From: Mobula hypostoma
Lineage: Eukaryota
Direction of reading: 5' to 3'
DNA length: 64,000 bases
Assembly (NCBI RefSeq): GCF_963921235.1
Contig: NC_086097.1
Location: 170,874,001-170,938,000 of the forward strand
Every line of letters starts with the position of its first letter. The first letter of the stretch is position 1. The notes under the pieces are model-generated. The model was not told the DNA's origin and ran no database searches. It saw only the letters and a list, made by a program, of their open reading frames with translations. Positions 52,449 through 64,000 of the stretch are shown here, piece after piece. Position numbers and translations under genes: made by a program.

Positions 52449-54293
52449 AGCTTTTATAGATATGTGAAAAGAAAAAGATTGGTTAAGACAAATGTAGGTC
52501 CCTTACGGTCAGAAACAAGTGAATTGATCATGGGGAACAAGGACATGGCAGACCAATTGAATAACTACTTTGGTTCTGTCTTCACTAAGGAGGACATAAA
52601 TAATCTTTCGGAAATAGTAGGGGACTGAGGGTCTAGTGAGATGGAGGAACTGAGAGAAGTACATGTTAGTAGGGAAGTGGTGTTAGGTAAATTGAAGGGA
52701 TTAAAAGCAGATAAATCCCCAGGGCCAGATGGTCTGCAACCCAGAGTGCTTAAGGAAGTAGCCCAAGAAATAGTGGATGCATCAGTGATAATTTTTCAAA
52801 ACTCTTTAGATTCTGGATTAGTTCCTGAGGATTGGAGGGTGGCTAATGTAACCCCACTTTTTAAAAAAGGAGGGAGAGAGAAACCAGGGAATTATAGACT
52901 GGTAAGCCTGACATCAGTGGTGGGGAAAATGCTAAAGTCAGTGATCAAAGATGTGATAACAGCACATTTGGAAAGCAGTGAAATCATCGGACAAAGTCAG
53001 CATGGATTTGTGAAAGGAAAATCATGTCTGACGAATCTCACAGAATTTTTTGAGGATGTAACTAGTAGAGTGGATAGGGGAGAACCAGTGGATGTGGTAT
53101 ATTTGGATTTTCAAAAGGCTTTTGACAAGGTCCCACACAGGAGATTAGTGTGCAAACTTAAAGCACACGGTATTGGGGGTATGGTATTGATGTGGATAGA
53201 GAATTGGTTGGCAGACAGGAAGCAAAGAGTGGGAATAAACGGGACCTTTTCAGAATGGCAGGCAGTGACTAGTGGGGTACCGCAAGGCTCAGTGCTGGGA
53301 CCCCAGTTGTTTACAATATATATTAATGACTTAGATGAGGGAATTAAATGCAGCATCTCCAAGCTTGCGGATGACACGAAACTAGGCGGCAGTGTTAGCT
53401 GTGAGGAGGATGCTAAGAGAATGCAGGGTGACTTGGATAGGTTAGGTGAGTAGGCAAATTCATGGCAGATGCAATTTAATGTGGATAAATGTGAGGTTAT
53501 CCACTTTGGTGGCAAGAACAGCAAAAACAGATTATTATCTGAATGGTGGCCGATTAGGAAAAGGGAAGGTGCAACGAGACCTGGGTGTCATTATACACCA
53601 GTCATTGAAAGTGGGCATGCAGGTACAGCAGGCAGTGAAAAAGATGAATGGTATGCTGGCATTCATTGCAAGAGGATTCGAGTACAGGAGCAGGGAGGTA
53701 CTACTGCAGTTGTACAAGGCCTTGGTGAGACCACACCTGGAGTATTGTGTGCAGTTTTGGTCCCCTAATCTGAGGAAAGACATTCTTGCCATAGAGGGAG
53801 TACAAAGAAGTTTCACCAGATTGATTCCTGGGATGGCAGGACTTTCATACCATGAAAGACTGGATCAACTAGGCTTATACTCTCTGGAATTTAGAAGATT
53901 GAGGGGGGATCTTATTGAAACGTATAAAATCCTAAAGGGATTGGACAGGCTAGATGTAGGAAGACTGTTCCCGATGTTGGGGAAGTCCAGAACGAGGGAT
54001 CACAGTTTGAGGATATAGGGGAAGCCTTTTAGGACTGAGATGAGGAAAAACTTCTTCACACAGAGAGCAGTGAATCTGCGGAATTGTCTGCCACAGGAAA
54101 CAGCTGAGGCCAGTTCATTGGCTATATTTAAGAGGGAGTTAGATATGGCCCTTGTGGCTAAAGGGATCGGGGGTATGGGGAGAAGGCAGGTATAGGGTTC
54201 TGAGTTGGATGATCAGCCATGATCATACTGAATGGCGGTGCAGGCTCGAAGGGCCGAATGGCCTACTCCTGCACCTATTTTCTATGTTTCTAT
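52449..54293 (+). mobile_element. Young CR1 LINE, 5'-truncated, inserted in the old CR1 3' end
   Basis: ORFs 52641..53453 (270 aa RT) and 53446..54018; (TTTCTATG)n tail; GTTAGA at 52443-52448 and 54294-54299. Confidence 0.95.
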
Positions 54294-57200
54294 GTTAGAT
54301 TGATCTTGAAGTAGCTTAAAAGGTGGGCACAACATTGTGGGTTGAAGGGGCTGTATTGTGCTGTTCTGTTCTATGTTCTAAACAAAAGCTCAGCTTTTTC
54401 CAACACCTCAAATCCCTTCATTCCAGCGATCATTCCTGTGCATCCCTTCTGAACACGACCTGAAATCTCAACAGGCTTCCTGAAGTGCAGTGAGGTACTC
54501 GCCAACAGTAGATCTGATCCTGGATTTGATGAACTTTTACCATAGCAGTCGTAAAATGAAAGAACGTCCGAAAGTTCCAATGCAAATCATGTGAACTGTG
54601 AAAGTAGATCAAAAGCCTGGTACAGCAACCCATAGAAGGATAACAAGAGATAGGCTACCTAACCTATCATTCCTGTTCCATCATTCCATGGCTGACCTGT
54701 GACTAAACTCCTTAAAGTAACCCTTTCCCCACTTCCTTAAAAGCTTTGATTTCTTAAAATCTCTGAATCTAAGGGTTATTATACTTGTCACTACTTCGAT
54801 AAATCAGCCAATATAATCAAAGGTCCTACCCGACCCTGGACATTCTCTCTTCTGTCAATACAAACGGGCAGAAGATGCAAAAGCCCAAAAGCACACATCA
54901 CCATGCTCAAGGACCGCTTCTCTCTCTACTGAGCAGTCTATTGAACAGTTCAGTAAGATGGACTCTTGATCTCAATGTTGTGGCCTTCTCACCTTATTGT
55001 TTACCTGCATTGTACTTTCTTTGTAACTGTAACACTTTAAGTTCAAGTTCAAGTTTAATTACTATTCAACCACACATGAATACAGCTGGATTATTTCCTC
55101 TAGGGCCAAGTTACAAAATATACAATGCACACACAGCACATTCCAGATAGCGAGCAAACATACAGTCAAGCAAAAAGAATTTATCATCCAGGTCCCTGAT
55201 TGACATGTCCCGCGAATTGATGTTGTCCACAGGTGAACTCTGTTACTTTGTAGTTCTGTTGTTTTCCCTTGCATTACCTCCACACACGGTTATAATGAAA
55301 TGCTCTGTATAGATAGCATATATAACAAAGTTTTTCAGTTTACCGATTTACCAATTTAACATTAACATCCAGGAGAGAACCAATGGGTGCTTGGGGAAGA
55401 GAATTCTATTTTCTCACCATTCTCTGACAGCTTTCTCACTTCCTCAACAACTTGGCTCTATTTTTTAAACCAGCAATGAAATATAGTTCTCTCTCTCTCT
55501 GCCGCACTGATCTATAAAAAATGTGAATGGAATCTCCCTTTTCACTTTCTTAATTCCGAGGAGTGCATCCCCAGTTTCTGCATCCCAAGTTACTCCTGAA
55601 AATCCATATGATAAACTACTCCTAATTATGGGTTTAGTGGGATTCTGTTTGGAACAAAGATTTCCTTTTTCATTTTTGTAGAAGTCATGCTCACAAAGTT
55701 TGAAAGTGATTTAGTTTTATTCAAGAATTACACACTCATAATTAATGGGTCTGATTTCCAACATGCAAATAGAACACAGCACCTCAAAATAGAAGCTGTC
55801 TGCCAAATGGTAACAATCTAATTGATCTCATTGACGAGAGCTCAGATTTTTTGATTATGCCAAATAATAGTTCTGGCTAACAAATGTAAATCTGTGGGAG
55901 TTTCTGAATAAATAAATAAACCTATGCATAGGGCTGTCACATCAATCAAATTGGTTGTCCGTTGAAACAGTACATTCATAAAATCACTCATCTATGGGTC
56001 ACTCATACCCACTCCATCTCTGTGAATAAATTTTAATTAGTTCCAAACTACTTCCAACTAATCTACTGAAAGGAAGGTCAGGTTTAGAATCAACGCTGGA
56101 GTTGAGACCAAAACAGAGACTAAGACTGCCACCGCAGTGCAGGGGTTTCAGTGATGAACTTTCCAGCGGGAGTTCATAGAATCTCCTGACCAGGACACAG
56201 GACAGGAATAATCAGTCCACTGTGAGATGATGTTTTCAGGTGAGAGGAGAGAGAGAGATTTAATAGGAAATTTAAAAGTTAAATTTAAAAGGAGATTTAA
56301 AAGTTGCCCGTGGGTGCAACTTTTCCGTGCAGGAAGTGATCAGTAAATGGAATAAGGAAAATGGTTGAGGCAGGTACAATAAAAACATTTAAAAGGTACT
56401 TGGACAGGTACATGGATAGCAAATAGTTTAGAGGGGTGTGTGCTAGTAGCAAGCTGAGTGGTTAATATGGACAAGTTGAACCAAAGGGCCTGTTTCCATG
56501 GTGTTTAACTTCATGACTATATTGACTGTTAAATTCCCTTAAAACAAACCTGACTCACTAATTGGTATTGGTTTATTATTGATTATACGTTCCAAGATAT
56601 AGTGAAAAGCTTGTCTTGCATACTGTTCATACAGATTAAATCATTACACAATGCATTGAGGCAGAACAAGGCAAAACAATAATAGGATGAAGTGTAACAG
56701 CTACAGAGAGAGTGCAGTGCAGGTAAGCAATAAGGTGTGAGATCAAGTGCCCATCTTATTGTACTAAGGAAACACTTAATAGCCTCATTATAGAGGGTAG
56801 AATCTGTCCTTGAGCCTGGTGGAATGTGTTTTCAGGCTTAATGTCCTCATAGAAACAAGCCTTTCAGCCCACCATTCTGACTCTCAAAGCCTATCCATAT
56901 TTGGTCTGGTGCCTTCATGTGCTTGTTATGTGACTTGTGCTTGTCTAGATACTTCTTGTATGTTGTGACACTACCTGTCTCCACCACTCACCCGGACAAT
57001 GTGTTCCAGATTCCAACCACCCGCTGGGAAAACATGTTCTTAAGGGAATGAAATGAATAAGTCAACTTAACCTAGTAGGCCAATATGTGACCCCCCTCCA
57101 TACCCACCCAAATGACCTGCTCCTCAATGCTCTTTGAAATGCTAGGTAAGCTATCCAATCTGAGGGGACAACAAGGGGTGTGCAAAAAGTGCTGAAGAAC

Positions 57201-57639
57201 AGGACGAAGCCATATCAAAGATTTCCTGAAGGCCCTTTTTATGCTGGTCTTCAACAGTCATGGCATTGAATCTTGAAGTTGTGATAATAGGTTGGAATTG
57301 TACAAGATGTAGGAGAGGTTGCACCAGGAGTATTGTGAGCAGGTTTGGTCATCTTGCTGTAGGAAAAGTGCTGTTACGCTGTGAAAAGTACAAAGGAGAT
57401 TTACAATAATGTCTGCAGGTCGTGAGGGGCTGAGGTACAGAGAGAGTTTGGGCAGGTTAGGAGTTAATTCCTTGGAGCATAGGAGACTGTGAGGTGACCT
57501 TATAGGAATGTATAAAATCATAAGGGGCATAAATAAGGTGAATGAACAGTGACTTTTTCCAGAATCAAAAACTAGAGGGAACTTAGGTGAGAGGAGAAAG
57601 ACTTAATCAGACTCTGAGGGGCAATCACTTCACATAATG

Positions 57640-57771
57640 AGTAAACATGAGGAATTCTGCAGATGCTGGAAATTCAAGCAACACACATCAAAGTTGCTGG
57701 TGAATGCAGAGGCCAGGCAGCATCTCTAGGAAGAGGTACAGTCGACGTTTTGGCCCGAGACCCTTCGTCAG
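57640..57771 (-). mobile_element. Short Penelope terminus ending at a hammerhead core
   Basis: Very similar to 11643-11775. Minus strand CUGACGA-A-GGGUCUCGGGCC-AAAACGUC-GACUG at 57739-57771; GAAA is mutated and the 5' arm of stem I is missing. Confidence 0.8.
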
Positions 57772-58396
57772 TCCGTACAGATTGTTTCATTACAACAGCA
57801 TACTGAGGTCATACAAGGTAAGCAATAACAGAATGCTGTATAAAATGTTAGAAATACTGAGAAAATGCAGTGCAGGCAGGCAATAAGGTGCCAAGGCCGT
57901 GATGAAGTAGATTGTGAAGTCAAGAATCATCTGTATTAGGTGATTGGTCACTAGGCTTATAACAGTGGGATAGAGCTTTCCTTGGGTCTTCTATTAATGG
58001 CACCATGCCATCAATTCCATATTCTGTATAGTATTAAGGTAGTATATTGTCAGTAATGAGCCACTGTATGATTATAATTGATGTCACTGCAACAAAGGAA
58101 GTAGTGAATAGCAGGAGTGAGGACTGGATGGAAGATGGTCGGAATTGTATTTCTCAACCATTGAGATGTACTTAGTAAATTGTAAGACTCAGTACGTATT
58201 GTGTGAGGAAAGGCTGAATGACTGTTTCCTCATTCTATGATAGCCAGCATCTTTATCTTACATTATTCGTGGCTCTTCACAAGTTTTTGGAAGTGTACAT
58301 TTGCCTAACGAAGATATATTGACCTTCTGAATTTGACCTGGTATGTCGAATTGTTTCAAGTCCAAAATCAATTCTGATCTTTTACTGTAATTACAG

Positions 58397-58514
58397 ATAA
58401 TACAGAAGATCAGTGCTGTGGACAGGGATAAACCACTCAGCGGTCACCACTTTTATTTCTCCCTTGCTCCTGGGGCTGGTAATAACCTTAACTTCACGGT
58501 GCAAGATAACAGAG
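58397..58514 (+). CDS. CDH7: CDH7-like internal exon, EC5, 118 bp
   Basis: Acceptor ttacAG, donor G|GTATTT. Translates [39 protein letters not shown]; phase 0 start follows the previous exon. Confidence 0.92.
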
Positions 58515-59482
58515 GTATTTATTTATATACTGCTAGATTAATGCCTGTGTATTTCATGGTTTATGACCTTTCTCTAACATGTTTACCGCTGATTCTTGAT
58601 TAACGACTACCCTGTCTGCTGTATATTAATGACAGAGTAATTGGTCTCCATTGTAATTTATATATTGATTAGCTGTCAGGCCAAAAATGTTGCTGTCTTA
58701 ATTATTGCAAATCCCAAAAAAAGGTGGTCTCTTTCTGCAGTTTCTGCTCCCTGAGTTGAATTTGGTAGAACTCCTGTCACTGAACCAGAAGCCCAGGACC
58801 TGAGCAGTAAGTTCAAGCTGAATTCTGAGGGAATGTCATATTGTCAGTGGCACTGGCATTTATTCAAAGAATCATCCTGCATGAGTGACAATGATCCTTT
58901 GGCTCAATTATCCGGAGCAAGGAACCATCTTAGTATTTATTCCTCAGGCATAAAATCACAGAATGATTATAGCCCAGAAGAATGCCATTCAGCCCATTGT
59001 GTCCACGCTGGCTCTTTTGTAGAGCGAATCACTTGTTGCATCCAGCTCCCAGCCTTTTCCCCATTTCACTGTGCTCTTTTATCTTGCAAGGAAATATCAA
59101 GACAGTTGGCAAAATGTTGGTCCAAAGGGGTAGGCTTTAAGGTGTGCCATAATGAGAGGTTGTAGAGAGAGTTTGTGGAGGGGACGTCAGCAGCTATTAT
59201 AACAATGCAGTGATTAGGTACAGGAGTCAAATCAAGTCAAAGCAAGTTTATTATCAAAGCACAAGTAGAGTGAGGTGCATGTATAATTAAAATAATTTCC
59301 AGCAGCAGCATTACAGGCATGTTGATTCAGAAAACACACGGAATATAAATTATATGTGAATTATACTAGACAGTGAAGAAACAAGCCATAAGTGAAAAAA
59401 ACCACAATCAGGGACAGGTCTATAATAGAGCAAGAGGTGGTCCATGGTGTTCCATTGCTGAGGTAGGTTTAAGCAGCACATA

Positions 59483-60024
59483 CACTGAGTGGCCACTTCA
59501 ATAGGTACACCTGTACACCTGTTTGTCAAATATCTAATCAGCCATCCATGTGGCAGGAACTCAATGCAGACATAGTCAAGTGTTCCAGTTGCTGTTCAGA
59601 CCAAACATCAGAATAGGGAAGAAATAGATTCTAAGTGACTTTGATTGTTGCTGCCAAACGGGGTGGTTTGAGTATCTCAGAAACTGCTGATCTCCTGGAA
59701 TTTTCATGCACAGCAGTCACTAGAATTTACAGAGAATTGTGTGAAAAATTAAACAAAGACATCCAGTGAGTGGCAGTTCTGTGGGCAAATACACCTTATT
59801 AACGAGAGTCAGAAGTGGCCAGACTGGTTCAAGATGACAGAAAAGTGACAGCAACTCAAGTAATCATGCGATACAACAGTGGTGTGCAGAAAAGCCTCTC
59901 TGAATGCACAGAATGTTAAACTTTGGAGTGTATGGGCTACAGCAGTAGAAGACCAGACCTGGTTCGACTCCTCTGGCCACTTTACTAGTTACACTCCTGT
60001 ACCTAATAAAAAGGTCACTGAGTG
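59483..60024. mobile_element. Non-autonomous Tc1/mariner DNA transposon
   Basis: TA|CACTGAGTGGCCACTTCAATAGGTACA ... TGTACCTAATAAAAAGGTCACTGAGTG|TA: imperfect TIRs of about 27 bp with TA TSDs. Confidence 0.85.
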
Positions 60025-62189
60025 TATATGTCCAATTACCTCTTTAAGACCACAGTGGAACTTCTCTCCATCACATCTGCAGGTAGTGCATTCTAGATTC
60101 CAACCCAACACTGCATAAAAGAAGTGTTCTGTTGTAATACAATTATTTTCTAATTGTGACCCTCCACCAATAGGAGAAGTCTCCCACTATCCCCACTGTG
60201 TCCTGAGCTCTTTGTGCATAATTCCGTCAGATCTCTTTGCAGCCTTCCTTTCAAAGAAAATGGACCCAGCCAATCAATATGAACTTGCCAGGTACATGGT
60301 AGGAAAAGTTTAGAGTGATATGGGCCAAACACGGCAAAGTGGGACTAGCTTAGGTAGGCATTTCCATCGGCATGGATGAGTTGAGCCAAAGAAGCCATTT
60401 CCATGCCATATGACTTTCTGACTCCATTAGTAAGACGCATATTATTATATTGTGGTTTGTTGGAATTTGTTGTGAACAAATTGGTCAAGTTATTTCCCCT
60501 TTACTGCAATAAAAGGGGAAAAAGCACTTCAAAAATACTTCTCTCTGGAATGACCAGAAAGGGAAGTGTGAGGTGCCATAGAAATGCAGATCTTTCTTTA
60601 TCTCCCTTAGTCAGTGGAAGATACAATATCATAGGTACAGATTTTTTTTGTTGCAGTTCTTATCATCTTCAACAATATAGTTGCTAAGTTATGGTGTGAT
60701 AAGAGATTGACTGAAGGTGACCCTTTTGAACCAAACCGAAAAATTAGACCGACTGAATGAATGAAAAGATATTTTATTTCCTGGTAACTCTGCAAACGAT
60801 TCTGTAAATCAGGTTGAAAAGTCTCCAAAAGAGAGTGACCTCCTTCTAATGTCATGCATTTTACATTCTGATATGACAGCAGGACAAAAATGTTTTTTTG
60901 CTTTGTTAATGGCTTTTCAGTGCAAACATGTTCTTCATTGTGGAGCTGATCAATCAAAGAGTGAAGATGCTGGAGACCTGTGTCACTGAACAACACGTCC
61001 TTGTGTCATGAAATGATGGATGATGACGAGTGCTCCTCCTAATTAAGCAGTGTTGTACTCAAGGGCGTGCTGAGCTACTGAGGAAGGCAGGATTGAGAAC
61101 GGGAATGCAAAGACAAATTTTATGGTGTCCATTTAAAATGAATACAGTTGAAAGAAAACAGAAGTAGTTAACAGTTGAATATATCACATGTAGCAGCTCA
61201 TTGTATTGTGACACTGAGATTAAGCAAAAATACACCTTACTGACAGAGACTGGCACATAATAGGTATCCATTAGAAATGAGGAAAGAGATGCATTTATGT
61301 AATGCTTTTCACATCTTACTTTTGAACACACTGTGATTTAAAGTTAGGTGCTGAAGTTTTGTAAGTAGTTGGTGACATCCAGGCAGGTTAAATAGATTGT
61401 CTCAAATCCACCTTAATATACTTGTTTGGGGCTGGAGATTAAAGTGTTGCTCCTTGACCAAACTGAACATCAGGCTTGTATGAATGATTAAACGGACACA
61501 CATCACTCCACCATTTGAGCCCAAACTGACTCTTCATTGATTTGTCTTTGGCTACATACTCAGCTTGAATCTCCAAAAGAAAAATGCTCACTATTTTTAA
61601 AGTGGATTCAGAAACAGTGACATCACAAGATCAGGCACACTTCTTTCTTTAGACCATTCGGCAATTCCATGATGGCCTATTTGTTCCATGTTCCACAACT
61701 CAGTCCCATAAGGTCCAGTGTGGCAATGGTGGCTCTTCAGCCAAACATTTGTTGCCTGCAGAAGACACTGCAGATGCTTGAATCTGGAACAAGTAAAAAC
61801 AGAAAACACAGCTCTGAGTTCTTTATGAGTGTTTAGCAGTAGATATGTTATCATACCCTTGTAGCGATTAAAGTAGTTTTGAAGTGCAGAACAAAAAAAA
61901 ACTTTTATATTTCTTATTGTCTAAAACTCCATCAGTGAATTCACTGAAACATCCAACAGGAAAATCAGTCACCAATTCCTCTCCAGAGACTGGGTGGAAG
62001 GTGAAATTCAATGCCATAGGTAGAGATTGAGATGATGAACAGAGATTCATTTAAGAAGCTCACTTCATGAGAAGCCAACAGGATGAGGCTTGACAGGCTG
62101 AATGGCCAGAGATTGATGGGCTGAACGGCCTCCCCAAATGCAGTACAGCTGAGCGTGAGGAATTTCATGTGGAACATAAATAGAGTTTA

Positions 62190-62740
62190 TATTATTTGTT
62201 ATACATGATGCTGGTGAGGCTGCACTTGGAGTATAACGTTCAGTTTCAATCATCCTAGTAGAGAAACAATGTTGTAAAACTGGGAAGAGTGCAGAAAAGA
62301 TTTACAAGGATGTTGCCAGGATGCAAAGGACTAAGTTATAGGGAGAGGTTAAGCAGACTGGGACTTTATTCCTTGTAAAGTTGGAGACTGAGAAGTAATC
62401 ATACAGAGAGATGTCTAAAATCATGAAGGACATAAATAAGGTGAATTCACATGTTTTTTCCCAGAGTTGGGGTGTAAGTTGAAAGTAAAGGGGGGAAACA
62501 TTTAAGAGGAACTTAAGGGACAGCTGTTTGGCACAAAGGCTGGTATCTATGTGGGATCAGCTACCAGAGGAAGTGGTTGAGTTTGATACACTAACAATGT
62601 ATAATAAACAGTGGACAGGTACAGTACATGGACAGGAAAAGAGAGATGTTTTCCAAACACTGGCAAATGAGACTACATTGGATGGGGCGTCTTAATTGGC
62701 ACGGAACAGTCAGGGACAAGAGTCTGCTTGTACTGCATGA
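62190..62740 (+). mobile_element. Old CR1 3' fragment
   Basis: ggtgaggctgcacttggagtata...gcagaaaagatttacaaggatgttgccagga, resembling the other CR1 copies. Confidence 0.75.
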
Positions 62741-63169
62741 CTAATGTCAATAAGATGACCCCTCTTCTAAATGAAGAACATAGATTCAACATATTCAGAG
62801 AGCTTAAATAGGTTGGTTCTTATTCTTTGAAGTTTAAAAATATGATAGATATTGTTCATGAAAAAGACAAGATCCAAAGGACCATGGCAAAGTAGATGAG
62901 ATTTTTTTTACTAGTGAGACAGTTTCAGACAAGGGGACAAGGTTTCAGGATAAGGCACTGATCAATTAAAACTGAAGCATTCAAAGATCTATTCTTGCAG
63001 AGAATGGAAAGCCTCTAGAATCATCACCCAGGAGAGTTATTGAAGCTAGTTCATAAGAGGCATTTAAAGGTAAGGTAGAAAAATCTTTGAATGATAGGAG
63101 GATTGAAGGTTATAGGGAACTGGCATTGAAGATGAGTTGAGGCTGTGGTCTGTCAACCTAGTCCATCAG

Positions 63170-63530
63170 GAATAGATAGGGATGATATGGGGGGGATGTT
63201 TCCTATGGTGGGGGTATCCAGAATTAGAGGGCACAGGCTCAAAATTGAGGGGCGACCTTCTAGAACAGAGGTAAGGAGGATTATTTAACCAGAGAGTGGT
63301 GAGTCTGTGGAATGCTCTGCCACAGACTGTAGTGGAGGCCAAGTCCGTGGGTATATCTAAGGTGGAAGTTGATTGTTTCCTGATTGGTCAGGGCATCAAA
63401 GGATGTGGTGAGAAGGCAGGTGTAAGAGTTTGAGTGGGATCCAGGATCAGCCATGAAGGAATGGTGGAGCAGCCTCAATGGGCAGTATTGGCTAATTCTG
63501 CTCCTATGTCTTATGGTTTTATGTTCTAAT
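63170..63530 (+). mobile_element. CR1 3' fragment
   Basis: ccagagagtggtgagtctgtggaatgctctgccacag...tctgctcctatgtcttatgg tail. Confidence 0.75.
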
Positions 63531-64000
63531 GATGATCTGGTAGATCTGGTGACCTACTCTTGCTTTTAGGTTCTGAAATTCTTGGATCTTTACTTAGGGA
63601 TTGACTGCATTTCTGAAGCACCTTATTGGTTGTAAAGGTTTCAGTGTGTCCTGTCTGATCACTCCAGCTCTGAATATGATCAAATGTTTTGGGTGCTTTT
63701 TATCTCTGCCCTGTGAAATTCTATGCCACTATATTTGGAACTGGAATTCCAAATTGGAATTGGCATTGGTTTATTATAGTCAAATGAACAAAGATACAAT
63801 GAAAATCTTGTCTTGCATACTGTTCATATGGATCAAATCATTACATACTGCATCGAGGTAGAAGAGGGTAAAACAGAATAAAGTAGAACAGCTGTAGAGA
63901 AAGCAGGTGAATAATAAAGAGCAAGTTCTTAACGAACTAGATTGTGAAGGTCAACCATTCAATTTATCGTATTAGGGAACTAATTAATAATCTTATACAC

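Larger units (their letters stand above)
46916..54380 (+). mobile_element. Old long CR1 LINE (end of ORF1, EN, RT, 3' tail) hosting four nested insertions
   Basis: ORF1 esterase-like C-terminal remnant at 46916-47070 (GQGFRFVDHWDLF). EN at 47864 (RNIRNKGD...VETL...GKGGGRVALL). RT at 49633-50011 (PGNYR, YMDFTKAF). tgttctgttctatgttcta tail at about 54380. Confidence 0.85.

Noticed and set aside
52641..54018. Possibly intact, active CR1
   Set aside because: 5'-truncated, lacks the endonuclease, and has an in-frame stop at 53451-53453 and a frameshift near 53520.
58515..64000. Next cadherin exon (expected DNTASIL-like start)
   Set aside because: Not found by eye; probably beyond the window.

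Overview
Vertebrate genomic DNA, most likely a cartilaginous fish such as a ray. This is inferred from the repeat landscape (CR1, Rex1/Babar, RTE, Penelope, Deu-type SINEs) and is not proven. The only host coding content I can support is four consecutive + strand exons (254, 137, 122 and 118 bp) of a type II classic cadherin, best matching CDH7 and covering EC3 to EC5. All four have AG/GT boundaries and splice in frame; the flanking exons appear to lie outside the window. The rest is large introns full of retroelement debris. Main points of interest: (1) minimal type I hammerhead ribozyme motifs in Penelope-like element termini, including a tandem pair 1161 nt apart; (2) Penelope-derived fold-back mini-elements; (3) an L1-clade insertion with a 5' inversion and a TSD; (4) a CR1 carrying four nested insertions, one possibly circularly permuted; (5) two young inverted CR1 copies flanking a single exon. 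Repeat boundaries were read by eye and are approximate unless a TSD or tail defines them.
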